From Gemmata obscuriglobus (GTDB lineage: Bacteria; Planctomycetota; Planctomycetia; Gemmatales; Gemmataceae), in assembly GCF_008065095.1 (NCBI RefSeq), contig NZ_CP042911.1:930001-962000 (forward strand): DNA of 32,000 nucleotides, read 5' to 3'. The notes below the pieces were generated by a model, which was given only the letters and a program-made list of their open reading frames with translations, searched no databases and had not been told where the DNA came from. The first letter of the stretch is position 1, and each line of letters opens with the position of its first letter. A program made the position numbers and the translations under genes. This document shows, one piece after another, positions 31,809 to 32,000 of the stretch.

Positions 31809-32000
31809 GACGAGGGGCGTGCCCGGGGGAAGCCGGAGGCCGAACCGCTCCGCGAGCACTACCAGCAGTTGATTCGTGTCTGCGATTTCGAACCGTTCGA
31901 GCACCTCCGCGCCGCGGCGGTGCGTGAACTCGCGGTTCAGGATCGAGACCCGGGTGCCGTCCCGGTGGGCGAGAGCCACCATCAAGTTCTGCCGGAACTT
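31800..32000 (-). CDS. C-terminal fragment of a gene continuing beyond the window; arylamine N-acetyltransferase-like tail
   Basis: The frame is open to nt 32000: ...KFRQNLMVALAHRDGTRVSILNREFTHRRGAEVLERFEIADTNQLLVVLAERFGLRLPPG. The pattern (L.nr.l... then L...L.ERFGl.L) recalls NAT C-termini. This is a weak, memory-based call. Confidence 0.35.
   Translation of the reverse strand, partial: KFRQNLMVALAHRDGTRVSILNREFTHRRGAEVLERFEIADTNQLLVVLAERFGLRLPPGTPLVVP

Overview
High-GC bacterial chromosomal window. I count about 77% G+C in a typical coding stretch and 47-59% in a few islands. Gene content suggests a Gemmata-like planctomycete, which is an inference: a TIGR03067-type domain protein, many lipobox or signal-peptide proteins, an expanded paralog family carrying a PILADALQ(D/E)AGC module, and large palindromic intergenic repeats. 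I support about 33 protein-coding genes. Confident housekeeping calls are ppk1, kbl, dps, a type I-beta DAHP synthase, a DedA-family protein, a sugar-phosphate nucleotidyltransferase, YciI, a YhaM-like OB+HD nuclease, a vWA/YfbK-like lipoprotein, and a SWIM+SNF2 helicase cut by the window edge. I saw no rRNA, tRNA, CRISPR array, transposase or integrase. Many long ORFs in the supplied track are Arg/Pro/Gly-rich antisense or out-of-frame artefacts typical of high-GC DNA, and I rejected them. The best candidate for an undescribed system is the same-strand cluster 3590-7747. It holds a TPR-like protein, an exported caspase-like (His/Cys dyad) protein, and two tandem paralogs flanking a small translationally coupled gene. 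The two paralogs share a 204-nt tract with one mismatch but have a divergent middle region. Other items worth a second look: the same about 45-aa module occurs in four genes under two architectures, and the two long-form copies sit in lower-GC DNA at the 3-prime ends of unrelated gene strings. There is a histone-H1-like AKKVAAP tandem-repeat protein about 1.2 kb from dps. An orphan xisI sits behind an FHA-like gene instead of xisH. Three unrelated large palindromic (MITE/REP-like) elements are present, two of them bracketing kbl. A roughly 940-bp gene-poor region lies upstream of ppk1.
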